From a virus: 64,000 bases of DNA. Position 1 is the first letter of the stretch. Each line of letters begins with the position of its first letter. A model generated the notes under the pieces. The model worked only from the letters and a program-made list of their open reading frames with translations, did not search any database and was not told the DNA's origin. Position numbers and translations under genes: made by a program. The stretch lies in IMG/VR virus record IMGVR_UViG_3300037502_003155, positions 1-64,000 of that record, one strand, 5' to 3'. Below are positions 48,872-58,365 of this stretch, piece by piece.

Positions 48872-49137
48872 GGCGTCACCGGGGCAAACTCTAGGCATTC
48901 TCTGACCTCCGGGTGCATGGCCGCAATGGCGTCGTCTAGCGCCCCCATGCGCCCCTCTAGGGTTTCTCGCTGATCTACAACCCGGCATGGATTAATGCAG
49001 CCCTGCCGCCCCCGCTGTCGGGCATAGTGGCAGCATCGGCTATTGAATTTTATCTCGCTCATCGGTGGGCCATGGCTCACAATAAAGCGCTGTTGGTTGG
49101 GGTCGTGAACAGCGGTGCAAAGCTCACATCGTCGCAT
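48868..49137 (-). CDS. Cys-rich hypothetical protein
   Basis: CxxC...RCC.Y......CINP. Confidence 0.55.
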   Translation of the reverse strand: MRRCELCTAVHDPNQQRFIVSHGPPMSEIKFNSRCCHYARQRGRQGCINPCRVVDQRETLEGRMGALDDAIAAMHPEVRECLEFAPVTP

Positions 49138-49461
49138 GGTGGTCCCCAGAATTTTGCCAAGGCTAGCACAGGGGTATTATCGCGGTGTAGTAAGGGATAC
49201 AGAGGGTAATAAAAACCACCCTCACTACATTAGTGAGGGTGGTTTGGTTTAGCTGTTGAACAGGATTTGGCAACCTTGTTCGCCGTATGAGCTACTTTTG
49301 ACCCACTCCCTTCTCTGGGAACCCTAACCGTAATTTGGTACGCCGTGAAACCCTTGCTGAGTAAGGCTTTCAGCTTTTTAGGCAATTTTTTGGTACGCTG
49401 TGAATTTAGCAGACGGCGATAATAATTCTCTGCATACAGTCCCACCTCGAAGCGTGATAAG

Positions 49462-49505
49462 AGCAGGGGAGCGTTCCCTCAGATCTGAGGGAACGCTCCC
49501 CTGCT
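49462..49505. repeat. perfect 44-bp palindrome
   Basis: AGCAGGGGAGCGTTCCCTCAGA|TCTGAGGGAACGCTCCCCTGCT, no loop. Confidence 0.95.
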
Positions 49506-49637
49506 GAGCCTCAAACTCAGCTATTAAGTCTTGAGTCTTGACCGTTACAAGTCAAATAATTAGTGGCACACATTACTGGCACAACAAAAAGCCCGCCTAT
49601 TCAGCGGGCTAAGGACTCATCATGGATTGGCTCTAGT

Positions 49638-49937
49638 TTAGCCTGCCCACTGAGCTACGGCCTCAGGGTCAACCTTATAGCGTCCCTCGAACAGCGCCGG
49701 GTTCAGTTCCCAGGCTTGCTCTAGGCTGGCATAGCCCCCGTCCGGGCGATTCTCAATCAGCACCTTGGCCGCGCCCTGGCCAATGGTGGGGATGATCGCT
49801 ACATCGCGAGCCACGTCGGAGCCGTTGATTAGGGTAAGGGCGGCGGGGATAGGTTCTAGGGATTCTTCTGGGGGTGTCTCAGGTTTTGCGGGGGCTTTGG
49901 CCAGGGCCATCTGCCACGCATTAGATAGTCTAGACAT
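49638..49937 (-). CDS. helix-hairpin-helix protein
   Basis: LIN......IPTIG...A..LI..RP..GY.SL; own late promoter. Confidence 0.7.
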   Translation of the reverse strand: MSRLSNAWQMALAKAPAKPETPPEESLEPIPAALTLINGSDVARDVAIIPTIGQGAAKVLIENRPDGGYASLEQAWELNPALFEGRYKVDPEAVAQWAG

Positions 49938-49961
49938 GGGGTCACCGGGGTTGTTTCCCTT

Positions 49962-50011
49962 ACCGTGGCATAGACACATTTTGGTGTAGATACCTTTGCG
50001 AAATCCACTAA
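49962..50011 (-). promoter_or_regulatory. late promoter
   Basis: TTAGTGGATTTCGCAAA-N27-CACGGT. Confidence 0.75.
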
Positions 50012-50073
50012 AAAAACCCCGATCACCGCAAGGGCAATCGGGGTAGCGTAGGGAGATAGGCGCGGAGGGAAAA

Positions 50074-50568
50074 CTATTCGTTGGCCATAGCTCGCTTACT
50101 GAGGGCTTGCAGGCGGCTATCAATGGCGTCCATCTGCTTTTTCAAGGCTTCGCGGATGGCAGGGCGTTTCTCCTGTTTCTCAGAGGTTTCGAGCCATACC
50201 CGATCTTCAGAGTCGCGGATGATGCTGAGGGCTGTCACATCGTCGTAATCGCTGGTGGTGCCGCTGGCTTCTTCGGGCTTTTCGGGGCTGATAAATTGCA
50301 GAACGCCCTGGTCTAGCAGTTTCTTGCCCTCGTCGGACGCCTTGATAATTTCCAGTTGCTCCCCCGTCAGGTTATGGTTAGGGCCACCGGGGGTAAGCCA
50401 GACGCTTTTTAGTTCGGGGTTAGCCTTACCCTTGGGGCTATTGTCGGCAAAGGCGACAAACCGCACGGGGCCAGTGATTCTCATGCCCCCGCAGACACGG
50501 GAGTAGCGGTCATTATTGAAAATCACAGTATGAACAGCGGCGTCTTTGATGGGGGTAGCGGTGGGCAT
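50074..50568 (-). CDS. hypothetical late protein
   Basis: L.PG.N...L..G.L; E.R..I..AL C-terminus, a pattern often seen after capsid genes. Confidence 0.65.
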   Translation of the reverse strand: MPTATPIKDAAVHTVIFNNDRYSRVCGGMRITGPVRFVAFADNSPKGKANPELKSVWLTPGGPNHNLTGEQLEIIKASDEGKKLLDQGVLQFISPEKPEEASGTTSDYDDVTALSIIRDSEDRVWLETSEKQEKRPAIREALKKQMDAIDSRLQALSKRAMANE

Positions 50569-50597
50569 AGAGGGTTGTCTTTTGAAGGGATACCACT

Positions 50598-50646
50598 ATC
50601 ATGCCCTGTCGTTTGAGGACAGGGCTGATTTTGCGGAAATCGCTAA
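50598..50646 (-). promoter_or_regulatory. late promoter
   Basis: TTAGCGATTTCCGCAAA-N26-CATGAT. Confidence 0.7.
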
Positions 50647-50679
50647 CTGAGTGTGTAGGGAGTGGTCATGGGTCGTTGC

Positions 50680-51252
50680 CTATCGGTAGAGGTTGGCCCG
50701 TGCTGAACTACGACCTTTTACAGCCCTAGTCTTTCTTACCTTGCCCCCTTCAATCTTGACCGTCTGCCGTTGCAATCGTTTCGGGGTGTTTGCACGACTT
50801 CCCCATAGTGCTTGCTGCTTTGCTTTCTTAGCCTCACGGGTAGCCTTCTGCTTTGCAATGGTTTCAGGGCTGCGTTGCCGCTTAGCCTTCTGCGGTGCAG
50901 GAGAGTTATCACCACCCTCAAACGGGTTAGCCATTTCCACTCCAAAGAACTCCTCCTCTTGAGGTGCGGGCTGTGGTCTTTGAGCCCTTCTTGCGGCCTG
51001 TTGCGCCATCGCATTCCGCTTACCTGTGGCCACTCGTGCCTTAGCCCCGGCATCACCCGCTTTCAGATCTGCGGCAAGCTGTCGCGATCCTTTAGCGCTA
51101 CATTTCTTCCCTGGGGCAATAAACCCCCGACCGCAGGGCTTTCCTTGGCCCTTAGCATCGAGACGCATTCCATCGGCATAGCCCTGAACAAAGTCTTCGG
51201 GGGCATTGAGGGGCAGTCCATAATGCGCTGCCCACGCTTGTGTTGAATACAT
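50680..51252 (-). CDS. leader-bearing basic protein 3 (putative internal head/DNA-binding)
   Basis: FVQGYADGMRLDAKGQGKPCGRGFI..KKC; K/R-rich; immediately after the capsid gene. Confidence 0.75.
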   Translation of the reverse strand: MYSTQAWAAHYGLPLNAPEDFVQGYADGMRLDAKGQGKPCGRGFIAPGKKCSAKGSRQLAADLKAGDAGAKARVATGKRNAMAQQAARRAQRPQPAPQEEEFFGVEMANPFEGGDNSPAPQKAKRQRSPETIAKQKATREAKKAKQQALWGSRANTPKRLQRQTVKIEGGKVRKTRAVKGRSSARANLYR

Positions 51253-51324
51253 GGCAAAACCTCTTGAGTGCCAGAACGATAAACAGCGGCAGGCTCCCCA
51301 CGGGGCAAGCCTACCGAACCCAAC

Positions 51325-52236
51325 CTAGACGTTGATCACCAGATGGACGCTGTAGGGGCGATACAGGCGAATCCCGGCATAGCGGAAGATGGCGGGCCGC
51401 TCATAACCCAGGCCACGACGTTGAAGATCCAGGAATTTGAAATCTTCGTAGACCATGGCTTTCAGCTTGCGACGGTCACGCTTCATCACCAGCATCACGT
51501 CTTCGCCGTCAGGCCCAGCCCCATCGCACTCAATCAGGGGTTCCACGTTCTTGATGTACGGAGAAGCCGCCAAAAACTGCTCCAGAATGGTGCGGTCGGT
51601 GTTGTCGGTGCGGTTGGTGGTGCTCACGTAGTCGAACTGGGCCGTGGGCAAAAACAGCGTATCCGGCTGCTCTACCCGTTGGGTTAGGTTAACTACGGTC
51701 GTCACCGCATCGTTCATGGTGGCCAAGATTTGAGCCGGGGTAGCGGTGCTATTGAACCGGACGGGGCTGTAAGAGCGCAGTACGTCGGGATGATTCAGCA
51801 GTCCGGGCATCCGCAGTTCATCAGAACCGACCGCCATCAGTCGGTTCATTTCCTGCATCGCCGCTTCACGAACAGCGGTGATTTCCTCAGCTTCTAGGGG
51901 GAAATCAGCGACTTGGGCGCTAGCAATGTCGTCATCGCTGAAGTAGTACATCCCTGCCCATTTATGGATCTGCTGAGTAAACTCCTCAGACAGAACATTG
52001 ATGGAAGGGATAGAGGTGCTGTAGGAACGAACCAAACCAAACTGACCCACGCGAGTCAGTTGGCGGTAGGTGCTGGTACGAAAACCGGGCTTATTTTGGA
52101 TGTCTACGGGGCAAACCTTACCATCGGCAAAGCTCAATTCCGCAAACTGTACCCGTTGGGCCTCGGCTTCAATGTCCTCCAACTGGCGAAGAAACATCCC
52201 AGGAATGGCGTCATCTTTTCGGATTGAAATAGACAT
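51325..52236 (-). CDS. major capsid protein (DUF2184/encapsulin-like HK97 fold)
   Basis: FL.RQLE.IE, G......GLLNHP, PDTL.LP, G....RP motifs. Confidence 0.88.
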   Translation of the reverse strand: MSISIRKDDAIPGMFLRQLEDIEAEAQRVQFAELSFADGKVCPVDIQNKPGFRTSTYRQLTRVGQFGLVRSYSTSIPSINVLSEEFTQQIHKWAGMYYFSDDDIASAQVADFPLEAEEITAVREAAMQEMNRLMAVGSDELRMPGLLNHPDVLRSYSPVRFNSTATPAQILATMNDAVTTVVNLTQRVEQPDTLFLPTAQFDYVSTTNRTDNTDRTILEQFLAASPYIKNVEPLIECDGAGPDGEDVMLVMKRDRRKLKAMVYEDFKFLDLQRRGLGYERPAIFRYAGIRLYRPYSVHLVINV

Positions 52237-52292
52237 AATTTGTCTCCAGAACAGGGGAATAAAACGTGGTTACGCAGGGGCTAGGCCGAAAC

Positions 52293-53144
52293 CTAGTTCA
52301 AGAACAGCGCAACCTTCACGACAAAGCCCCCGTTCGGGTCGGCTGTCGCAGGTTCAACGATTTTCACACCCGTAGGTAGGGCGAGGTTGCTGGTGCTGGT
52401 GGCCGTCACAACGCCTAGGGTGGTGTTGCAATCGATGTAGGCCGTAGTGGTCGGCAGGATGCTGCCAGAATCACACTTCACCCACACCCCACCACCGGGG
52501 GCGGTGCGGTCGATGACGTCCATCACATCGTTAGCGGCGTACTGGGCAGCCGCCGTATTGCCAACAGCGCCCCGCTCAATGGCATGGGTCGGGGCGATGG
52601 CCACCCCAGCCACCGTCACGTTGCTGGCAGTAGCAGGCAGTCGGGCTTCGTTGAACGAATCCACGGTGCCAGAGGTAGAGCGAACCACGAAACGCCCAAA
52701 AGGCACCGCAGTTGAACCCGATGCCGCCACCGTTTGAGTGAGGGTGAGGTCATTAGTCGTGGTGGCATTGGTCGGGCTAGTGACCGTGTAGCCCACGTTG
52801 GGTGTCAACGCCCGCAACGTGATGACGTTGGACGCTTCACTGACGGCAAAGTATTGGCTAAGGTCGCTAGCCTGAATCGCCGCCAGAAGGCCCGCCGTTA
52901 GCTCGGCGCGGGTTGCACTGCCATCGGTGGTAAACGAAGCCACGATGGCCGCAGGGATAGCCCCACCGACGACCGAGATCGAGTAGGTGCCGCTATTGTC
53001 TACCGTGGCTGGGGTGGTGACCGTCCAAGTGTTCTGGGCATCCAGGGCAGAGTTAATCATGGCGCGTACGCCCATATCCCCTAGGCCATCGACTTGACCG
53101 GGGAACGCCTTAGCGCTGGTTTGGCTGTAGTTGGTTTGTGACAT
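52293..53144 (-). CDS. capsid decoration/cement protein
   Basis: Q..Y......FPG, VPFGR.V, GVWV; between DUF2213 and capsid. Confidence 0.75.
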   Translation of the reverse strand: MSQTNYSQTSAKAFPGQVDGLGDMGVRAMINSALDAQNTWTVTTPATVDNSGTYSISVVGGAIPAAIVASFTTDGSATRAELTAGLLAAIQASDLSQYFAVSEASNVITLRALTPNVGYTVTSPTNATTTNDLTLTQTVAASGSTAVPFGRFVVRSTSGTVDSFNEARLPATASNVTVAGVAIAPTHAIERGAVGNTAAAQYAANDVMDVIDRTAPGGGVWVKCDSGSILPTTTAYIDCNTTLGVVTATSTSNLALPTGVKIVEPATADPNGGFVVKVALFLN

Positions 53145-53192
53145 GGCTGAAAAATCCTCAAAACAGGGAGCTAGTTAGCTGAAATCAAGCGC

Positions 53193-54755
53193 CTAGCGAC
53201 GTTTGCCGTAGTTGTCTTTGTTGGCCGTCAACGGGGTAGCAAAATTGTTCATCCGCCGTTCCCGATCTGCCGCACCCGCATCCATGGCACGGCCACTGGT
53301 AGCGGTGCCCAGCACGAGGCTCAACTCATCGGCATAGCCAGAGTCAGAACGACGGCTAGGGGCGCTGTGTTGGCCCATGGCGTCGTCAACAATGGCGTCG
53401 TAGAGGGCTTGGATGTAGGGATCGCTGGCATCGTCCCGGTACAGGTTGGGGCGCTTTTGCTCGACCACAAAGCGGCGAATGTCGGCAGCATCGTCGATGG
53501 CATCCATCCGCAGATCGGAGAAGTCAACGCCAATGGCCTCAGCTTCGCGAATAACTTTGACCATTTCGACAGCATCAGACCGGACAGAATCCTTCTTAGA
53601 TTTCATGTCCTTTTTGGTCTTCTTAGACTTGGCGGGGGCGGGCATCTCGTCCTCGTCCTCGTCCATATACTCTTCGTCTTCGTAGTCTTCGTCCTCGTAG
53701 TCTTCCATATCATCCATGTCTTCGACGTATTCCTCGTCTTCCTCCATGTCCTCTAGGAAGGCAGGCATCTTGCCTTTTTTCTTGCCCTTGCCATCTAGGC
53801 GCACATAGCTATCGCCACGCCATGCAATGTCGGCATCCTCTAGCAACGATTCGGCCTGGTCTAGGCGGTCACGCAGGGCTTCGATCATGCCGTCCTTGTA
53901 CTGAACTTGCCCTTGAACATCGCCTAGGGCCGATTCGGCGCTATCAGCGCGATCCTCAGCCTCTTCTAGCTCAGCCTCAAGACTGTTGACGGCAGAGTCA
54001 TTGCGGGCCAGTAGGGGAGAGATGGTGTTGAAAACATCTTGGGGCACCTGAACGGAGCCACCAGGAAGATTCAAAGTTGCCAAAGGCATATATCCGTTGG
54101 TACTCATGGTTTCCTCTTGGGTAAACAGATTGGAGTATGGTGGCTCCTGTGCTTTAACCTGATAAGCCAGGTCGTTTTCTTCCAAATCAGCGCTATCAAA
54201 GCGACCTAACACCTTCACCGAGGGGCCTGCTCGACCCATCCGAGTAAGGGCAATGTGGTTTACCTTGATGTCTCGCTGAATGGCGTCGTAGCGTTCGCTT
54301 TGGCCTGTGGCAGGGTTAAACCACACCCCAGAGGTTTCCTCGATTCGGCACTTATAGCCCGCGCTAATTTCGGAGGCATCCCCGCGATGCACCGCATCCT
54401 GGGCATCGCGGCTCATCACCGCAATTTGCCCCGTTACAAAACCACCCTTCCCAGGCACAACGACGTACCGAGGGGTTTGCAACGAAATGCCCTTTCGCAG
54501 CCGATCACCGTTCGACTCATCGACTAACCCCGTGGGATGTTCGAGGGTTAGCGAGGCTAAGCCAAATTCGGCAATGGACTTTTGGTTCTCCTCAGGGGGC
54601 CGAAATTCGCGCCGTGTTTTGCCGCCCGGAGCTTTATACTCCAGTACCCCATCCCGGGCAAAGATGGCATCACACAACAAAATCCCGTCATCAGTACGAT
54701 GCGGGTTCAGAACTTGGCCGCTATCAAATCGAATCGCCAAAGGAACACTAGCCAA
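53193..54755 (-). CDS. DUF2213 prohead protease/scaffold
   Basis: ARxGVL.Y, E.RPPEE, T.EHP, E.SAGY, YDAIQR.I..NHIA....GRAG; acidic scaffold tail. Confidence 0.9.
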   Translation of the reverse strand: MASVPLAIRFDSGQVLNPHRTDDGILLCDAIFARDGVLEYKAPGGKTRREFRPPEENQKSIAEFGLASLTLEHPTGLVDESNGDRLRKGISLQTPRYVVVPGKGGFVTGQIAVMSRDAQDAVHRGDASEISAGYKCRIEETSGVWFNPATGQSERYDAIQRDIKVNHIALTRMGRAGPSVKVLGRFDSADLEENDLAYQVKAQEPPYSNLFTQEETMSTNGYMPLATLNLPGGSVQVPQDVFNTISPLLARNDSAVNSLEAELEEAEDRADSAESALGDVQGQVQYKDGMIEALRDRLDQAESLLEDADIAWRGDSYVRLDGKGKKKGKMPAFLEDMEEDEEYVEDMDDMEDYEDEDYEDEEYMDEDEDEMPAPAKSKKTKKDMKSKKDSVRSDAVEMVKVIREAEAIGVDFSDLRMDAIDDAADIRRFVVEQKRPNLYRDDASDPYIQALYDAIVDDAMGQHSAPSRRSDSGYADELSLVLGTATSGRAMDAGAADRERRMNNFATPLTANKDNYGKRR

Positions 54756-54769
54756 ACGCTATTAGCGCT

Positions 54770-54819
54770 ACTTTGACAAAGGGCTTTCTAAATTGGATAA
54801 AATTAGCGAAATACGCAAA
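54770..54819 (-). promoter_or_regulatory. late promoter (capsid operon)
   Basis: TTTGCGTATTTCGCTAA-N27-CAAAGT. Confidence 0.7.
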
Positions 54820-54827
54820 ATCGGGAT

Positions 54828-55271
54828 ATGCCACTAACCCGCGAAGAAGAATTAGGGATTATCAGAAACAAGTTGGTGCGACTCGGAATCCTCACCGATA
54901 CCGATACCGCCCACAACCTTGCACTCCTAGAAAGCCACCTGGTACGAGCATTGGCTGAGCACAATGAGAAGATCAACCCCTACGAACGGGTCGGCAAAAT
55001 CCTGCGCCACCATCGGGAACAACGCCTACAGATGCCTCGACACATTGCGGTAGCGAGGGCAAACCGTATCCTCCATTCATTGGGAGACCAAGGCATCTGT
55101 CATCAATCTGCCCTCTGCCACATGGAGGCAGGCACCCAGCGGATCTACTACCTCCAAGCCTTGGCCCTCGCTGATGTCTACGGCATTCCCTACGACGGTC
55201 TACTCCCCCCAGGCTACGACCCTGAGCTAGGACTGACGGATTGGGACGACGCCGCACCAGACCTAGGCTAG
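54828..55271 (+). CDS. XRE-like HTH regulator
   Basis: G..LR..RE....QS.L..ME.G...I.....LA.VYG. Confidence 0.7.
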   Translation: MPLTREEELGIIRNKLVRLGILTDTDTAHNLALLESHLVRALAEHNEKINPYERVGKILRHHREQRLQMPRHIAVARANRILHSLGDQGICHQSALCHMEAGTQRIYYLQALALADVYGIPYDGLLPPGYDPELGLTDWDDAAPDLG

Positions 55272-55321
55272 GCAACACCACACGATGACACAGCCCCGAC
55301 CAGGGGCTTTTCTTTTGCCTT

Positions 55322-55970
55322 GAGTCAGTCAGCACTGTCAGCACTGTCAGCAAAACCCTGACAGACCACCTTAACCCCGCAGTCCGTGGAAAACTCTTTG
55401 TGTACTGTATACAATCCCTCTATATATAGATATAGATAAATCTTCTAATAGATTTTTATTTATCTATCTCCATTGGTGGGGGTAGATTTAGGGGGATTTG
55501 TCAGTAAAAAAATAGTTTTGTCAGTGCCTAGTCAGTGAATTGTCAGTAAAGGTGTTTAAGAAAGAATCCTTATATATCAATGCTTTCAGGTTTTTGGTAG
55601 GGGATTTGTCAACAAGTCAGTGAATTTTGAGGGTTAGCGCAGAAAACTATAGAGGCCACAAAAATACCCCCTGAGGAAAACCTAGGGGGTGATGGAGGTA
55701 TCTAGTGCGTTTTTGAAATATACCCCTAGGTTTTTACTGACTTGCTGACTCGTCCTGCTCAAACCCTTGATATATAAGGATTCTTGGTACTGACTAGCCA
55801 CTGACTAATCACTGACTAGTCACTGACAAATCCCTTTTTTACTGACAAATCTCTTTTTGCTTTGAAGCGTGAAGCCCTTACAGTATAAGGTTTCTGGGCA
55901 ACGATGGGGATAAAGTTTGATGCGTTTTAGCCAAGTCAGCGTTTTACTGACACATCTCCTGGCTGACTGG
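55322..55970. repeat. ACTGAC iteron module C (inverted relative to A and B)
   Basis: TGTGTACTGTATACAA end motif reversed; shares ACTGACTT.CTGACTCGTCCT.CTCAAACCCTTGATATATAAGG with B. Confidence 0.8.
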
Positions 55971-55981
55971 CAGCGCCCTCG

Positions 55982-56413
55982 CTACCCTCGCAGGTAGTCC
56001 GCCATGATTTGCTCAATCTCGGCTCGGTCTTCATCGGATAGCCCGATGAACTCCCGCTTAACCTGCCCCTGGCCGTTCTGGTGGTAGGTCATGTAGGCCA
56101 GCGGCGTCCCCACTGACACGCTAAACCGATTGGCCTGGTAGTTGATGGAGGCCCGACCCGTCCCGGTGTCCTGGAGAATCTTGTCAATGCGCCCCTTGGC
56201 TCGTTTGATGGCACGGGTTCGGGGGCTAATGTCTTCCCAGTGCACCCCCATGGGGTCTACTTCTTTCTCAAAGCGTTCATCGGTGCTGAGTAGTAGTGCT
56301 TCCCCGATCTCTCTCATGGGGGCTGAGAACCCCCGCAGACGCAACAATATGCCCACGATGTAGCGGCGTAGGTCTTTGTCTAGGTAGGAGATGGATAGGA
56401 GTGGTTTGGCCAT
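55982..56413 (-). CDS. phage virion morphogenesis protein (Mu gpG-like)
   Basis: IG..L..ST..RF..E.DP.G..W, IL..TG, VGT...Y..HQ.G, R.F.G.S. Confidence 0.9.
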   Translation of the reverse strand: MAKPLLSISYLDKDLRRYIVGILLRLRGFSAPMREIGEALLLSTDERFEKEVDPMGVHWEDISPRTRAIKRAKGRIDKILQDTGTGRASINYQANRFSVSVGTPLAYMTYHQNGQGQVKREFIGLSDEDRAEIEQIMADYLRG

Positions 56414-56542
56414 TAGGTGACGGCCCCCGATGGAATACCTGGATCATAGTCTTCGACCTGGCTATCCCCTACGCTCTCCGGTTGCCAGCCGTTGAGCATA
56501 AACAGGGCATAGTCAAGGTCTATAGCGGTGGTGCGCTCCACA

Positions 56543-58291
56543 TCAAAGGTATGGCCAAAGGCACCGGTAGCCTTGGAGGGAGGAGTCGGTGCGGTTGGGT
56601 TTCTTTTGTTGGCGCTTGAAATGCTGTAGTTGAGTAAATAGCGAGTTGCCCCAAAAGCTTCCTTCGCCGCCTAATATTTTGTCCGCCGCAGCAATTCGCG
56701 CCATCACCGTCCCCTTCCCTACCTGAAGGTTTGTGGCGATCTGCTGAGCGCTAAGACCTTGTGCTGTCAGTCCTAGTACGTCTTTGTTGAGAATGTCTTT
56801 GGCAAACTCTTTTAATTCGCCAACCTGCTTATCTGTAAAAGGAAAAGCATTCTCTTTCACCCTCGCCTTCTGCCCCTTAGCCTCTTTCACCGCCCGCTTA
56901 AGCTCAGCCCTAGCCTTAGACTTTTCAACGGTGCGATCCAAAGCGGCTCTAGGGGTTTGCCTAGCTTTCTCTGGGCTGCATTGCTTCCCCCTAGGAATCC
57001 AGCCATTTCCACACGCTACCCCTTGCCCCCGTTGGTCAAAGCGGTTGTGCATCACATCTAGGTAGCCTTGAAGGAAGGCATCAGCACGGGTATTCTTCGC
57101 TTCCTGGGCCTTCCATAGTTGATCCATAATCCAGTTGTAAGGCCGTTCCCCGTTGGCGTCCTCTGTGCCAATGGTCTGCATTGTCTTAAGGGTCTTTCTT
57201 AACTCTGGATGCGAAGCCGCTAACAACGTCCGTTCTCTGCGTTCAAGCTCATCCCTAGAATATCCGTCTGAGGCTTGGTCAAGTTCAGCTTCAGGATCCC
57301 ATTTGGTGTATTTGTTGAACGCTTTGCGTGCATCAGGGTTAGCCGCAACTTGCTTTAAGTCGTCCCGTGCATCGTCATACCCTGCCAATTCCTTAGGAGA
57401 GTATTCAAACAACTCCATCACTTCATCAAAGTCGCCTGAGTCAATGCCCTTCAACTGTTGAGCGAGATCCTTAGCCTTAGGAAAAGCTTCAACCTGGCTC
57501 AAGTCGCCGCTTTCTATGGCAACCCTCAGCACTTCTTTGGCCGCATAGGGGTCATCGCCAAATGCCGCATATTGATCGGCTAGCCGTAGCGCATTCTGGG
57601 TCTTAGCTAGGTCTTTCTTGACACTAGCAGCGGACGTTTCCGTTGCTAGCTCTAATACTTCCTCTGGCTCATCCAACTGCATCAGATCAGACAGAAATGC
57701 CTGGGTATCCTCAGTGGGGGTATAGGGGTAATCCCGCTCATCTGGTTCCTGCCCTGCCCCCGTTGATTCCCATTGCTCTAGGTCTTTTTCGTAGCGCTCA
57801 TAGTTAGGATCGGCCAAGACCTTTTTAACGTCGGCTTTTGCTAGTGTCTCCCCAGGATTATTCACCCGGCACACATAGGCTTGGCTGATATGACTACCGC
57901 CACACTTTTGCCCCCGTGCTGCCTCCCCCTGGTCAAACCGCCATACCCCATGTTGGTTCAACGCTTCCAGGATAGTTTCAAACTCAATGACTCCCCCCTG
58001 CTGGTAGCGCTTGCGAATATCCCGCAGCAGTGCCGATAGCTCAGGGCGCATATCCGCCGATTCTTCCGCCGCCTCATGGAGGTGCCCTATCGCCAATAGC
58101 TTGTGCTCTGGGTAACCTGCCTCAGCTTCCCCCATTAGCACCAGGGCAGCGCCAAGGTGTTTCTCCACGCACTCCATGCAGGATGGCCGTACCGAGTCCA
58201 TCCGCATCGTATCGGCATACCCCCACACAAACTCCGGGGGCGTATCCAGTGGCAACCCATATCGGGACGCAAGCACAACAGTAGACGGCAT
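56543..58291 (-). CDS. leader-bearing polyprotein 4 (multiple leader copies; last module LuxR-like HTH)
   Basis: ATG 58291 lies downstream of the late promoter; leader motifs at the N-terminus, internally twice and at the C-terminus. Confidence 0.75.
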   Translation of the reverse strand: MPSTVVLASRYGLPLDTPPEFVWGYADTMRMDSVRPSCMECVEKHLGAALVLMGEAEAGYPEHKLLAIGHLHEAAEESADMRPELSALLRDIRKRYQQGGVIEFETILEALNQHGVWRFDQGEAARGQKCGGSHISQAYVCRVNNPGETLAKADVKKVLADPNYERYEKDLEQWESTGAGQEPDERDYPYTPTEDTQAFLSDLMQLDEPEEVLELATETSAASVKKDLAKTQNALRLADQYAAFGDDPYAAKEVLRVAIESGDLSQVEAFPKAKDLAQQLKGIDSGDFDEVMELFEYSPKELAGYDDARDDLKQVAANPDARKAFNKYTKWDPEAELDQASDGYSRDELERRERTLLAASHPELRKTLKTMQTIGTEDANGERPYNWIMDQLWKAQEAKNTRADAFLQGYLDVMHNRFDQRGQGVACGNGWIPRGKQCSPEKARQTPRAALDRTVEKSKARAELKRAVKEAKGQKARVKENAFPFTDKQVGELKEFAKDILNKDVLGLTAQGLSAQQIATNLQVGKGTVMARIAAADKILGGEGSFWGNSLFTQLQHFKRQQKKPNRTDSSLQGYRCLWPYL

Positions 58292-58315
58292 GGGACATTC
58301 CGCGAAACTGTCACC

Positions 58316-58365
58316 AGTCTGCCAAGGGTGCGGGGGCATGGCTTAGCGTTTGCGGAATGCGCTAA
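58316..58365 (-). promoter_or_regulatory. late promoter
   Basis: TTAGCGCATTCCGCAAA-N27-CAGACT. Confidence 0.8.
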
